DNA from: Eledone cirrhosa
Taxonomy: Eukaryota
Assembly: GCA_964016885.1 (NCBI GenBank)
Contig: OZ024740.1
Coordinates: forward strand, 45,198,001-45,262,000
Length of the DNA: 64,000 bases
Reading direction: 5' to 3'
The translations under genes and the position numbers were made by a program. Shown piece by piece: positions 52,529-64,000 of the stretch. The notes beneath the pieces are model-generated. The model was not told where the DNA came from. It saw nothing but the letters and a program-made list of their open reading frames with translations, and did no database searches. Position 1 is the stretch's first letter; every line of letters begins with the position of its first letter.

Positions 52529-53658
52529 TAGCCTATAATGGTATTTGTAATAAGGAACGCGTAACCAGGGAATACTACACCCGATTAAGAAAAATATGGT
52601 CATCGAAACTTTCTGCGCACAATAAAACAGTAGCTCACAATGTGTTTGCTGTGCCTGTCCTAACACCAACGTTTGTAATACTCGATTGGACGATAGACGA
52701 AATCCGAGCAATTGATGTTAGAACTCGAAAAATACTAAACAACACCGAAAACGTCCACATCAACAGTCACATAGACCGCCTCTACTTGAAACGTAAGCAG
52801 GGAGGCAGAGGCCTAACATCAGTCCAGACAGCATTTGAGTGTCGCATCATATCTCTCCGACAACATTACGAACCTCGAAGCGTAGGAGTCCATCTATCGA
52901 GCAAGTCTATCTCATAGGACAGATAAGATAAGGAGAGTTGGGAAGGAACTCCTTGAAAGATATTCGCTGTGTGATAATCAAATACTCACACCCAGGGAAG
53001 TTGCCCAGCAGTACCGCAGTGAATCCACGGATGAAAAACTGCATGCTTATCAGCAAAAACTCATGCATGGATATGTTGCCAGGAGGCTCCAAATTGAAAG
53101 TAATATAGATAAACAAAGTAGTCTATCTTGGACCAACAACCGCTATACTGGCTCCCACTTTGAAGGATACGCTTTTGCAATCCAAGAACAGGAAATCAAC
53201 ACGAAATACTTGATTCACAAAAGAGATAGGGATGCAGGCAAAACACCTAGATGTGATAACAAGTGCAGACTCTGCAGAATTAACATCGAAGATGTCACCC
53301 ATGTCATAAGTAGCTGTCCAAAGATGTCATCGTGGTACTATCTACCTATGGGGCATGATGTAGTGGCCAAAACACTGTACAATGCAAACCGTAGAAAAGA
53401 TAGCCCCGATAATAAGCACATTAAAAGCTACAGCAATGTGGAAGACATACATATACGTAATATGAAAGAGTACTGATGGAATGTTCCAGTAAAATCCCAA
53501 TAAAATGCAGGCATAACAGACCAGATATAATGATATGGGACAGGGAAAAGAAGGCATGCACAGTAGTGGACGTTAGCTGCCCAGCAGATGCCAATATAAT
53601 ATCAAAGATTAGCGAAACGGAAAATATTTATGCAGAACTAATGAGAAATCTACAGATA

Positions 53659-54427
53659 TGTAGCGAAATCTGTCCGCGCCTTGAACTTTGGGTGATAGCT
53701 AAAGGTTAAATTCTAGGTCAACACTCTTTTGGTGCGGACAGGTTGATGTGTTGACTGTCCCCTCAAGGTGGGGGACAGGAAGCGATAGTTATATAAAGCC
53801 TGTGCTATTATCCCACTCAAGGAGATACATCGGAGCATTTACAACTATAACAAGCTATGTAAGGATTTATTGCTATCAATAGACCCAAAGGGTCTACAGA
53901 CACAGAGATATCGAAGCGCTAGGATACACAACTCACTATGTGAAGATTCACCACTGTTCAACAGACCCCATGAGGTCTACAGATACACCCAGAGCGATTG
54001 GAACCCTACTACTACAGAACACAAATGTGGAAGATTCACCACTGTCTGCAGGCCACGGTAGTTCACAGCTACTACAAACCATTCAGAGATACCATATCTC
54101 TTTCTCTTACTAACACGGTCTCACAACTACTACCACGGTCTCCAAATTCCAACAACAACAACAATTATCTGTCGCTCGCTGTTTTCACACCAACAACAAC
54201 AACAGCCTCAGATCAGCAACAATAACAACGTTAACAACTCTTGGTAACTATTTTATATGTACTTTTTAATTGATTCACGTGAAGTAAACTATATATAACC
54301 AAATCATTCATTCTTTATTTTCTTTATATAATCGTTATAACATTTATACTTATATACTTTGTTATTATCATATCAACTAATAACCACATATGTCTATTCT
54401 AACTTTCATTTTTAACCCTTCGTTAAA
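53659..54427 (+). mobile_element. Solo LTR (Gypsy-like, 4-bp TSD)
   Basis: Termini TGTAGCGAA..TTCGTTAAA (decayed CA end); TSD gata at 53655-53658 and 54428-54431; TATA-like tatataaa at 53790; LINE frame LMRNLQI|CHPDYTF rejoins on removal. Confidence 0.78.
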
Positions 54428-55181
54428 GATATGCCACCCTGATTATACCTTCAGATTTATGCCTGTGATTATTTGGGCACTTGGATATATTAGTAACTGC
54501 CTCGGTACAAATCTTGAGAAGCTGGGCTTCACGGAAACAGAAAGAACACGATCGTGCATGTTCAAAATTGCACTATTTCAAATCGCGCAAAATGATGTTC
54601 TATTGTCATAGAATAAAACATTCCATTGTCATAGGATAAAATACTCCAAAAATTTGCATACAGATTTCCAAAAATTTGCATACAGATTTCCAAAAATTAA
54701 GACTTTTCCCATTTTTTTCCTTTTTCCAAACATTTAAGATTTTTCCCGTTCTTTTCCATGTTCATATCATCTCTTAAAACTTCTGTAATAAAGATATCAG
54801 TTTAAAAAACAAAAGGTTTTTTAAATGGTCGGAAAATTATTCAACGAGTATTTTAAATATAACTACGGCAGATTATTTTTCACGACCGAACAATTCCGCA
54901 TTGTATCCAACATTAAAGAAGTTTCGAGAAAGAAAATTATTATCTTAAGATATGACTCCACTGACGAAATAGCTTCCAAATACCATGTTAATTTATCTTG
55001 GCGTTTTTACAGCAGCTACTCTTTGTGTTATAAGTAAGAACGTAGATAAACATGTGTTGCAAGCACCATACTCTAGAACCATCCTATGTAGTAGCCAATG
55101 AGGAGGCATCTATATGGTCGCTTCATCTACTAGAAAAAGCAGCCAAATGCTTTTCAAATCACACGCTGCTAACCAGTGGTT

Positions 55182-55321
55182 GGCTGGATTATAGCCAGGG
55201 CCTCACAATATTTAAAGGACTCCAAATAAATATTTTTGATATCATAAATAATATATTAAGTTTCAGACAAGGGCCCTAAGTAAATTCACAGCTAGGGGGC
55301 CCTTGCAAGCTTAATCCGGCT
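55182..55321. mobile_element. Small hAT-like MITE remnant
   Basis: ggctggatta / taatccggc ends and internal gggccc motifs. Confidence 0.35.
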
Positions 55322-56267
55322 GTTTTTGTTTCTGTTGTTGATGATGATGATGGTGATGTTTGGGGGGTTATCTTTCAAAAGAAGAAATGGAAGCAAGAAA
55401 GAACATTATAAGTAGACAGAAGAATTTAAAGTAGAGGGTGTTAACGTCTTTAAGAATCGGACACACTGTACTTTTGACTGGTTTACTCTTTTACTTGTTT
55501 CAATGATTAGACTGCCACCATGCTGGAGCACCGTCATGAAGCGATTTAGTCGCTCATACCAATGCCTATTTTGTTCAAGTCTGATATTTATTTTATCGTT
55601 CTCTTTTTTGTCGAACCTACGTTACAGGACATAAACAAACAGTAAACGTAAATACAGATTACATTTACCAAATTTCACTCACCACATCACCACCGACATT
55701 TTGTCCACCTCTGAGGCCCCTCACCACACTCAATTCTTCTTTCCCCGTGACGTCGACCTTCTGGAACGCTTAACTTTTAAAGTGGGAACATTTTGTTAAC
55801 CTTTTCGTGGCCGTAGTTCACTGGGATCGACTTAATTGACTTTCCCTCCCCTCAAAATTGTTGACCTTGAGTCTAAATCAGAAACCATTATTGATTACTT
55901 CATTACTATGACAGTAATTTCACATACGTTTCTTATATGTGAAACAATGTGTATGAAAATGTTAATTTCAATAGGAACCCTTTAAAATTGGTGGTTTAGT
56001 TTCATAGAATCAGAGCCGGTTTTGTCCGGGTTAGTACCAAAATGGCTAATGCTATTTGAAAACACATGAATATTTTTGTAAATTTAGATGGCTACAGTCA
56101 TTCAAACAGGAAAAGCAAATAAGTTTAAACGAACCGAAAAATGTCTACGGTAAATAATAAGTTGATGAAGACGGTGCCAAGTTACCATCCCACTATCTTA
56201 TAGTGCTACTAAAAAATAACTGACTGTGTAATCTGTAATAGGGAACATTGAACAAACATCTATGTAT

Positions 56268-56453
56268 AATTGTTTCTACTTTAGGCACAAGGCCAGCAAT
56301 TACCCAGTGTATTAGTGATACTTTATTTTATCGACCCCGTAAGGATGAAAGGCAAAGTCAACCTCGGCGGGATTTGAACTCAGATCGTAAAGGGACGTAA
56401 CTATGCTGGAAAGCATGGCGTCCGACCCTCCACTGATACTGCCAATCCACTGC
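56268..56453 (-). mobile_element. Family 1 SINE with 14-bp TSD
   Basis: catctatgtataat at 56257-56270 and 56454-56467. Confidence 0.9.
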
Positions 56454-57080
56454 CATCTATGTATAATATCTATTTCTCTGGATTATGATAGATATGTCTA
56501 AAGTGGTTGGAAAATAGAATTGTTGAGTTGCCAATTGTTATAGTTTGTAAGATTATATCTCAGTAAATTCCTTGTTGTAAAGGAAACCAAAATAATGTAG
56601 AAGGAAACGTGAAGGAGGATTCAGATTATGTAAAACAACAACGATGTTAATGTTTGTAAGAAGACACTAGTGGTGGTCTGTGTCAGCTAATGGTATAGAA
56701 AGGACTTCCGTTGTTTTCGACGATGTGTGTTCTACTTGCTCGATAAACGGAGCAGTCTGCTCACGAAATCAATGTAAAAGTGGTTGAGTATTCCATAGAC
56801 ACGTGTACCTTTAATTCTCATGAAGGTGAGACGGTAGGTGCAAACGTTGGCCCTTTAGATTGCAGGTACTGTCCATCAGACGGGCCTTCTAAAAGGTGTC
56901 CGTCTACTCAGTTTCAGTTAACCCGAGGCTATAGTAAATGATAACTGCTCAAGATGTCACGCAGTGGAATTGAACCCGTGGCTACTGTTAGCAGGTAGGG
57001 AATATCAAAATACACAAAAGTTAGTTTGGCGTACGAAAAAGAAGTTTAACTTTTCGGGAGATCCTTTTAGCATTTCATCT

Positions 57081-57115
57081 TTCTCCGACGAAGACTTCTG
57101 TCCGAAACATTAAAA
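57081..57115 (+). ncRNA. Degenerate minimal hammerhead (U4->C)
   Basis: CCGACGA-a-gac-ttct-gtc-c-GAAA-cat-TA; same layout as 29916-29952. Confidence 0.4.
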
Positions 57116-57473
57116 TATTCCCCTTCCCCGTGACAAACTAACTAATTCTACTTTGTGAACTTTTAGTAAGATTTAAGTATATAACTGATCAAGCAGCAAT
57201 CATAGCTGTGTGGTTAAGAAATTCGCTGCGCAACCACGAAGTTTAGAGTTCAGTACCGTTGCGTTGGACTTTGTGTGTCTTCTCCTATAGCCTCGGAATT
57301 TGCTAGGCGGAAACTGTAAAGAAACCCGCGGTACGTATGTGTGTGTGAATTTGTCAGTATCTGTGTTTACATTTACAGTTTTGCTAATGTTTAAAGCATC
57401 TATAATTTTTCAACATGCAGGGACCATTTAATCTTACAAAATATGAAGCTGTGTACGTATATCACAGATAGTT

Positions 57474-57660
57474 TGGATTGGCAGTATCGGTAGAGGATCG
57501 GACGCCATGCTTTGACGCATAGAGTTACGGCCCTTGCCATTCTGAGTTCAAATCCCGCCAAGGTTAACTTTGCCTTTCATCCTTACGGGGTCGATAAAAT
57601 AAAGTACCAGTAATGTACTGGGTAATTGCTGGCCTTGTGCCAATAGTAGAAACAATTATT
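57474..57660 (+). mobile_element. tRNA-derived SINE, family 1
   Basis: Full consensus match. Confidence 0.88.
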
Positions 57661-58372
57661 AAGTTTTCCATTGGCCTTCAAAAATATCAGTTGTGGAAAA
57701 AAATAAATGACTAATCCAATTCAACTAAAAATAACCTCTAAATTCTCAAAAAAAAAATTATTTGCCACGTGAATGTTCATGAAATCAAACCTGTTGCTGA
57801 AACATCCGATATGTATCATTTTATTGTTTTTTTGTTGGGTTTTTTTTCTATTTCCTTGGCAAATTATCCAGTCTTCCAAATATGCCATAAAAATGGGATT
57901 TACTGATAGACGAGCAATAAACATTTGCTGCAGTAAATGTTGGTAATTATTAGAGTATGTGATAAGTTCCAACTATGCTGTTAGTGGATAAGATTTCTCA
58001 CAACTCGAATATGTTGTGGTTGTTTAAGGTGCAGGTTAAATTCTAATCGGGCAGACTTATGATCAAAGCGTTCCAACCAGGGTAACATCCCAAATTATTT
58101 TCGAGTATAATCCTAGTTTCGTTCATTAAAAAAGTAAAAGCTAAATAGTGGATAATGTAATGAAGCAATAGTAAAAAAGCAAGAAAATAGGAAAGAAAGA
58201 GGTTATTGTAAATTAAATGTAAATATGAATAATAATTATATGAATATATACACTATATATATATATATAACGAAGGAAATGTGGTAAGGAACCAGGTGGA
58301 CCATAACGCACCATTTAGTCCAGAATTAGCCGTCGAAACAGCTTGAGCTCAGTCGTCGGGGTCTTACTGGTT

Positions 58373-58419
<47 letters not shown>

Positions 58420-58503
58420 CTTATTACTTATTATTTATTACAACGTTTCATGGTGTTATACGATTAATCGTAGTGGATTAATCTCGCATACACCATCACA
58501 CAC

Positions 58504-58630
<127 letters not shown>

Positions 58631-58781
58631 TGAGTGTGGATGTATAAAGGAAGTTGAAATGTCTGAGACAGTAGTAAATGTATTACAGTATTTAGTTTCA
58701 TCTGATTCGAAATAGTCATATCTCCTTCGAGGAGGTAATTACTAGTAAAATATCGGGATCAGGATCAGGAGGATCAGCGTG

Positions 58782-58845
<64 letters not shown>

Positions 58846-59204
58846 TCCTTTTGTCTACGATTGTCCCAGTGTGGACGAGTCCTTGGTAGCTGGCCCTTTG
58901 TTCAACCTTTCTCCATTTCTGAAGAAAAAGACACTAAAAGTGACCCAAAGTGACCCTCTCATCGTGCAATGTACCCGATTCCTTGAGAGTGGGAGAGAGA
59001 GACCCGAAATGAATTCAGAGCGCAAGAAATCGGAACAATTCCTTAATGGTGATTTACATTACAAACACATTAAACACGTTATATACCAGAAGTTACTCCA
59101 TCGGCCTCGTTAGATCGGCTCAGGACTCTTGGGCAGAAATTCAGATACTTCATAAGATCAGATGTTTCTCCCACGATAACGGCACGATATAAGATCACAT
59201 GTGA

Positions 59205-59515
59205 AGACACGTGACTTGCTAATTAGAGTATTCTGTTCCTGATTATAAGGTCGTGAGTTCGATTCCAGAAGGTGCATTGCGTCCTTGTGAAAGACACTTT
59301 ATTTCACGTAACTGGGGAAAAAATTAATTATACCTGTAATTCACATATTCACACACTCTGTCACGCTGAATCTCCCTGGGACCTACGTTAAGTTTACACG
59401 TGTCTGTGAAAATGTTCAGCCACTTGCACGTTAATTTCATAAGCAGGCTGTTCAAACAACTAGAATACTCGTCGCCGAAAACAACGAAGATCCAATAACA
59501 ACAACAGCAACAACA
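59205..59515 (+). mobile_element. tRNA-derived SINE, family 3, (CAA)n tail
   Basis: B box gagttcgattcc; homologous to 42320-42630. Confidence 0.7.
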
Positions 59516-60239
59516 TGATCAAGATCACCGGCAGTGTTATTCAATCTGTGATCTATATCATAATATTTAAATCACCATCATAATGGCCTGCTTGGTTTCC
59601 TTGCTAAACACAGGCTTTCTGCAGTTATCTTCCAACGGCTTCTGGACAAGGCTTTTCTTTTCAAGTGGTTCCATGTAATCCCTGTCACCATCAATTCCTC
59701 TTCTGTCGATCTCCGCTAGATGATCCAGGGATGTTTCTGCTTTCCTTTTCTTCTCTAAGTTCCAATTCAATTCCACAAGTAGACTGTTCCGTTGATCGAA
59801 TAACTGAAACACTCGATGTTAAAACTAATGGGCGTCCATTTAGTCCCTTTTATTATTAAACAACACAAAGGTTAATATAACAGTACATATATGTAGCCTT
59901 GGTTTTATTCGGTAAAACAGAACTAAAGAAAAGATATTGAAGTGAACAACAATGTTGAAATTATTTGTACGTATATTTTGAATAATGGATGTTTTAACCT
60001 AGCAGAAAGTGGTTATGCAGCAGTTAGATGTAGAACTTCCGGATTCAGTGACGTTGAATAGTTAATAGATGAATATTGCATCTGAAATAAGACTTCTAGA
60101 AGATCTCATAGCAACTATTGACAGTTAAGTAAATTTATCAAAAGTAAATTTGACATGTAAATTGTCAGTTCAATATCTTAAACGATTGAGCCTCCATTGC
60201 CACAGCAATACCTCAATCTGTCATACCTCCATTGTCGTT

Positions 60240-60580
60240 TAGTGTGCCACGTGCAGTGACACATTTTCTAGTAGCAACCTGTTGCAGTCTGCGACTGACC
60301 CAGGCTCTGCTGCAGTTCGGGTCGAGGGGAGTAAACTCTCCAAATATCGGTTGCTTTCCGACAGGTTTACGGTCGAGCCCTTAGCAGTGGAGAATTCTGG
60401 AGTCCTTGGCCCTAAAACCACCTCCCTACTCACCACCATCTGCACAGAGTTGGCTACCCGCTGGTTGAGTCTTGCGAGCTGGAATGGCCCTTCCAGCGCG
60501 TCTCCAGTGGGCCCCCATTTGCTTATGATAGTGAGAGATGAGGAGAGACGGGGGAAGTGACAGTGACAGTTTGGTTCCAT
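60240..60580 (+). mobile_element. CRE-like non-LTR RLE C-terminal fragment
   Basis: DTFSSSNL..GSAAVRVEGSKLSKY..L..F.VEPLAVENSGVLG; 3' module similar to 43604-43687. Confidence 0.7.
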
Positions 60581-61814
60581 TGTGTTCGGACCTGGTGTAC
60601 ATGTATATACATATTTACCACACCACATTAATACTTTAGTTACATACACAAAGTAGTTTGTTGTACTTCCATTGCTACATCAATACCACAATCTTTCGTA
60701 GCTCCTTTGTTATTTTAGTATGTCAGTCTTTCATAGCTCCCTTGTTACTTCAATGCCTCGATCCGTTGTACTTCCAAAAGCTCTGTCTGCCGTACATCCA
60801 TTGTCAATTCAGTACGTCAGTCTTTCGTAGCTCCCTTGTTACTTCAATACCCCAACCTCTTGTACTTCCATTATTACTTCAATATCTATTATTACTTCAG
60901 TACCTACATTACTACTTCAATACCTGCCTGTCGTGCCTCCATTGTCAATCTCTCGTTCATTTGCCCTCCACATTAGTGGAGGTAATGAAAATAAGGATAA
61001 CATTTGGTGCTTTTGCTTTTCCAGGCGTCCCAGAAACAAAATTGTGACTGATGTATATCCAATTCTAAAGTTAGTCTGTAAGAAAAAGGGTAGGGAAACA
61101 TAGATTTCTTTGGTGTTATTTCCTCTTCCTGTTTCCGCACTAACTGGATTTAGTTTCAGTTTCGGGGGTCCACGGAAACGAATGTTTAGTAACATCAGCA
61201 ACCGTTAATTCTTGGTGGCATAACTTTACCTCAACTGAGAGTATAAATATATGTGTGGGTGTGTGTATGCTTACATACATACACACATACATACATGCAC
61301 GCATACACCATACATACATACACACACACATACTTACATATATACATACATACACATTACGAGGGTTGGTAGATTTGATACTAAACCAAGAACAACTAAC
61401 TTAACCACCAGACTGACTATAAATGACTTAACAACGCAGTTGTATATGTGTGTATATAAATATGTATGTGTGGTGTGTGTGCGTGTGTGTGTGTAATATA
61501 AGTTAACCAAACTAATAAATTAGAATTTATTGTAGAACCGTGTGGTAACCGCGAGAGTTATGTGTGTACGTGTGTGTATGTATGTGTGTGTACCTTTGTG
61601 TGTGTGCGTATGTGCGTGTGTATATATATGTGTGTGTGTGTCTGTATGTGTGTTTATGTGTGCGTGTATGTGTGAATATCTATGTATTACAAGATGAAAG
61701 CTACTCTTACAAAGTAACAGGTATTTTCTAATAACAACACATATACTTTAGTATAATATTGCATAATATGCCAGACTAGTGATAACAACCACTGCTCTGG
61801 TAGATTAGTGTGGG

Positions 61815-61940
61815 GCACCACCACTACTACTACTGTCGCCACCGCCACCACCACCACTACTACCACCACCACCACTACTACGACTGCCACTACCACTACT
61901 ACTACTACCACCACTACTACTACTACTGCTGCTGCTGCTG

Positions 61941-61972
<32 letters not shown>

Positions 61973-62560
61973 TCTACTACCTCTACTACTGCCACTACCA
62001 CCTCTACTGCCACTACTACTACTACTACTGCTACTACTACTACTATCACCACCACCACCACTACTACTTCTACTACCTCTACTACTTCCACTACCACCAC
62101 TGCTGCCACTACTACTACTACTGCTACTACTACTACTACTACTACTACTACTATCACCACCACCACCACTACTACTTCTACTACCTCTACTACTGCCACT
62201 ACCACCACTGCTGCCACTACTACTACTACTGCTACTACTACTACTACTACTACTATCACCACCACCACCACTACTACTTCTACTACCTCTACTACTGCCA
62301 CTACCACCTCTACTGCCACTACTACTACTACTACTACTACTACTATCACCACCACCACCACTACTACTTCTACTACCTCTACTACTGCCACTACCACCAC
62401 TGCTGCCACTACTACTGCTGCTGCTGCTGCTACTACTACTACCACCACCACCACGACTACTTCTACTCCCTATATTACTGCCACCACCACCACTACCACT
62501 ACTACTGCTACAACTACCACTATCACTACTGCTCCCACTACTACCACCACAACTTCATCA
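61815..62560. repeat. Compound (CTA/CAC/CTG)n trinucleotide repeat with higher-order blocks
   Basis: Block tatcaccaccaccaccactactacttctactacctctactact recurs four times. Confidence 0.92.
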
Positions 62561-63044
62561 TTATCATAATGTTACATTGTCAATGTAAGATGGTGGATTT
62601 AGCAGAATTGGTAGAGCACCGGATAAAATAACATTGTGATATTTGTTCTGGTTCTCTACATTCTGAGTTCAAATCTCGTCGATGTCAACTTTACCTTTCA
62701 TTCTTCCGATGTCGATAATATACAGTACCAGTCACATACTGGGACTCAATATAATGGACTTTCCACTTGTCTCATCAGACATGAATTTCATGGAAACAGT
62801 TTCATTTCCAGAACTGCAATATATGAAACAAACTGTCTAGGGATTTCTTTCTTTGTGGTTACAACATTGACCTTTTTAAGAGAGGTCAATGAGCATCGCT
62901 TCATGTCAAAATTTCATCCAAGCTGTCAGTTCATTCGTCATTTTGCGCTTATAGCAACCGCTTCCATTTCCCTTCATCATCCTTTTCTTCACACTCATCC
63001 TGTCATGTAACCCATAATCTTGAGTGGCTTTAAAGCCTTATGTC

Positions 63045-63565
63045 CTTCTTCTTCTTACTTTTGCTCAACGAGGCCGGGGTCATACTAGGCCAGCGATCGC
63101 AAAGCATCGTCGTGCGTAGAGCGGACCAGGTCAACCAGCGCCCTCCATCGCTAGCGGTCCCGTACCAGCTCCTCCGCATCATCCAAGATGATGTCGAGCC
63201 TCCGGATATCCAACCATCTGGTGCGGGGCCTGCCGTGGGGCCTCTTCCAGCCTGCAACAGATGCATCGAACGAGAGTAAGGCCCTGGTAGGATGATCTGG
63301 TGGAAAGCGGAGAACATGCCCATACCAGTGCAGGCGGCAGATAGCTATGAGGCAGGAAGCTGTTGGTTGATGCGTGCACGCACGCAACACTTTGTTAGAA
63401 ATGTGGTGGTCCCATCTGATGTTTTTGATGGTCCTCAGGGTTCTGCTATCGAATCTGTCAATCCTCTTTTCCAAGATCTCAGTGAGGGGCCACGTTTCTG
63501 CTCCATAGAGGAGAACAGAGAGGACCGATGCATTGTAATTACAGAGCTTCGTCTTCTGGGAAATT
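63045..63565 (-). mobile_element. RTE-type LINE 3' fragment
   Basis: LYGAETW, RLHWYGHVLR, KRPHGRPRTRWLD; short (aag)n tail. Confidence 0.85.
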
Positions 63566-63667
63566 GAGCAATATGATGACTTTTAATTTTTTTTTTTTAT
63601 TTAATGATAAAAAAAAATTGCTGGTCTTGTGCAAATGTTAGAAAGAATTATTACTGAATATCGTAGA

Positions 63668-63895
63668 GCGGTGGGTTGGCGGAATCGGTAGAGCGTCAGA
63701 CAAAATGCTTTCCGGTATTTAGTTACGACTCTACGTTTTTAGTTCAAATCCCGTCGAAGTTAGCTTTGCTTGTCATCCTTCCAGTGTCGATAAAATAAAG
63801 TATTAGTGACACTGGAGTCAATATAATCGACTCTCTTCCTCTTGCTCAGAAAAACAAATATTTATGGGGTTTGCTGCATAAGTTGGAAACTATTG
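63668..63895 (+). mobile_element. tRNA-derived SINE, family 1 variant
   Basis: gcggtgggttggcggaatcggtagagcgtc..gttcaaatccc..tcatccttccagtgtcgataaaataaagta; another copy at 62592-62765. Confidence 0.75.
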
Positions 63896-64000
63896 TTACT
63901 GTAAAATGTTAATAAAACTACTCATCTTGTAACTTGTATGGAACAGTAACTCCTGATGGAGTCACAGAGGCACTGTCATGATATTCGGCGTTATCTTGGG

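Larger units (their letters stand above)
50340..54560 (+). mobile_element. Decayed R4/Dong-clade LINE interrupted by a Helitron and a solo LTR
   Basis: LDYRKAYDSVPH, IFQGDSLS, DDLNLYA, YRYLG, GGRGL, CRLC..H..C, RPDI, VDVSCP; homologous to 31131-34700. Confidence 0.88.

Noticed and set aside
52213-52917. 234-aa ORF with a hydrophobic N-terminus
   Set aside because: Chance read-through from Helitron sequence into the R4 LINE frame
62755-62785. ctgatga..gaaa on the minus strand
   Set aside because: No stem II; chance junction of a SINE and a LINE remnant

Overview
AT-rich, repeat-dominated eukaryotic DNA. The SINE, LINE and microsatellite landscape resembles an octopus or other coleoid cephalopod genome (inference). 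I can support no intact host protein-coding gene; almost all long ORFs are retroelement remnants or microsatellite artefacts. Contents: RTE-type LINE fragments, two decayed R4/Dong-type (RLE) LINEs (one interrupted by a Helitron and a solo LTR), CRE-like fragments, about 20 tRNA-derived SINEs, non-autonomous Helitrons, several fold-back/MITE-like elements and a 10 x 75-bp minisatellite. The most interesting signal is a set of Penelope-like (PLE) or retrozyme-like elements sitting in (TA)n microsatellites. (i) A 591-bp-period, ORF-less direct repeat carries two type I hammerhead ribozymes with a U3-A8 variant core (9552-10578). (ii) An endonuclease-only PLE and a fully non-coding relative each end in a hammerhead (23651-28692). 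They share four copies of a ~155-nt structured RNA motif with a conserved core and covarying stems that I cannot assign to any known family. A palindromic double CTAG|TC Helitron end-to-start junction (~51615) and a fold-back element with convergent tRNA-like promoters (30380-30755) also merit follow-up. All coordinates and pairings were read by eye; element boundaries are approximate.
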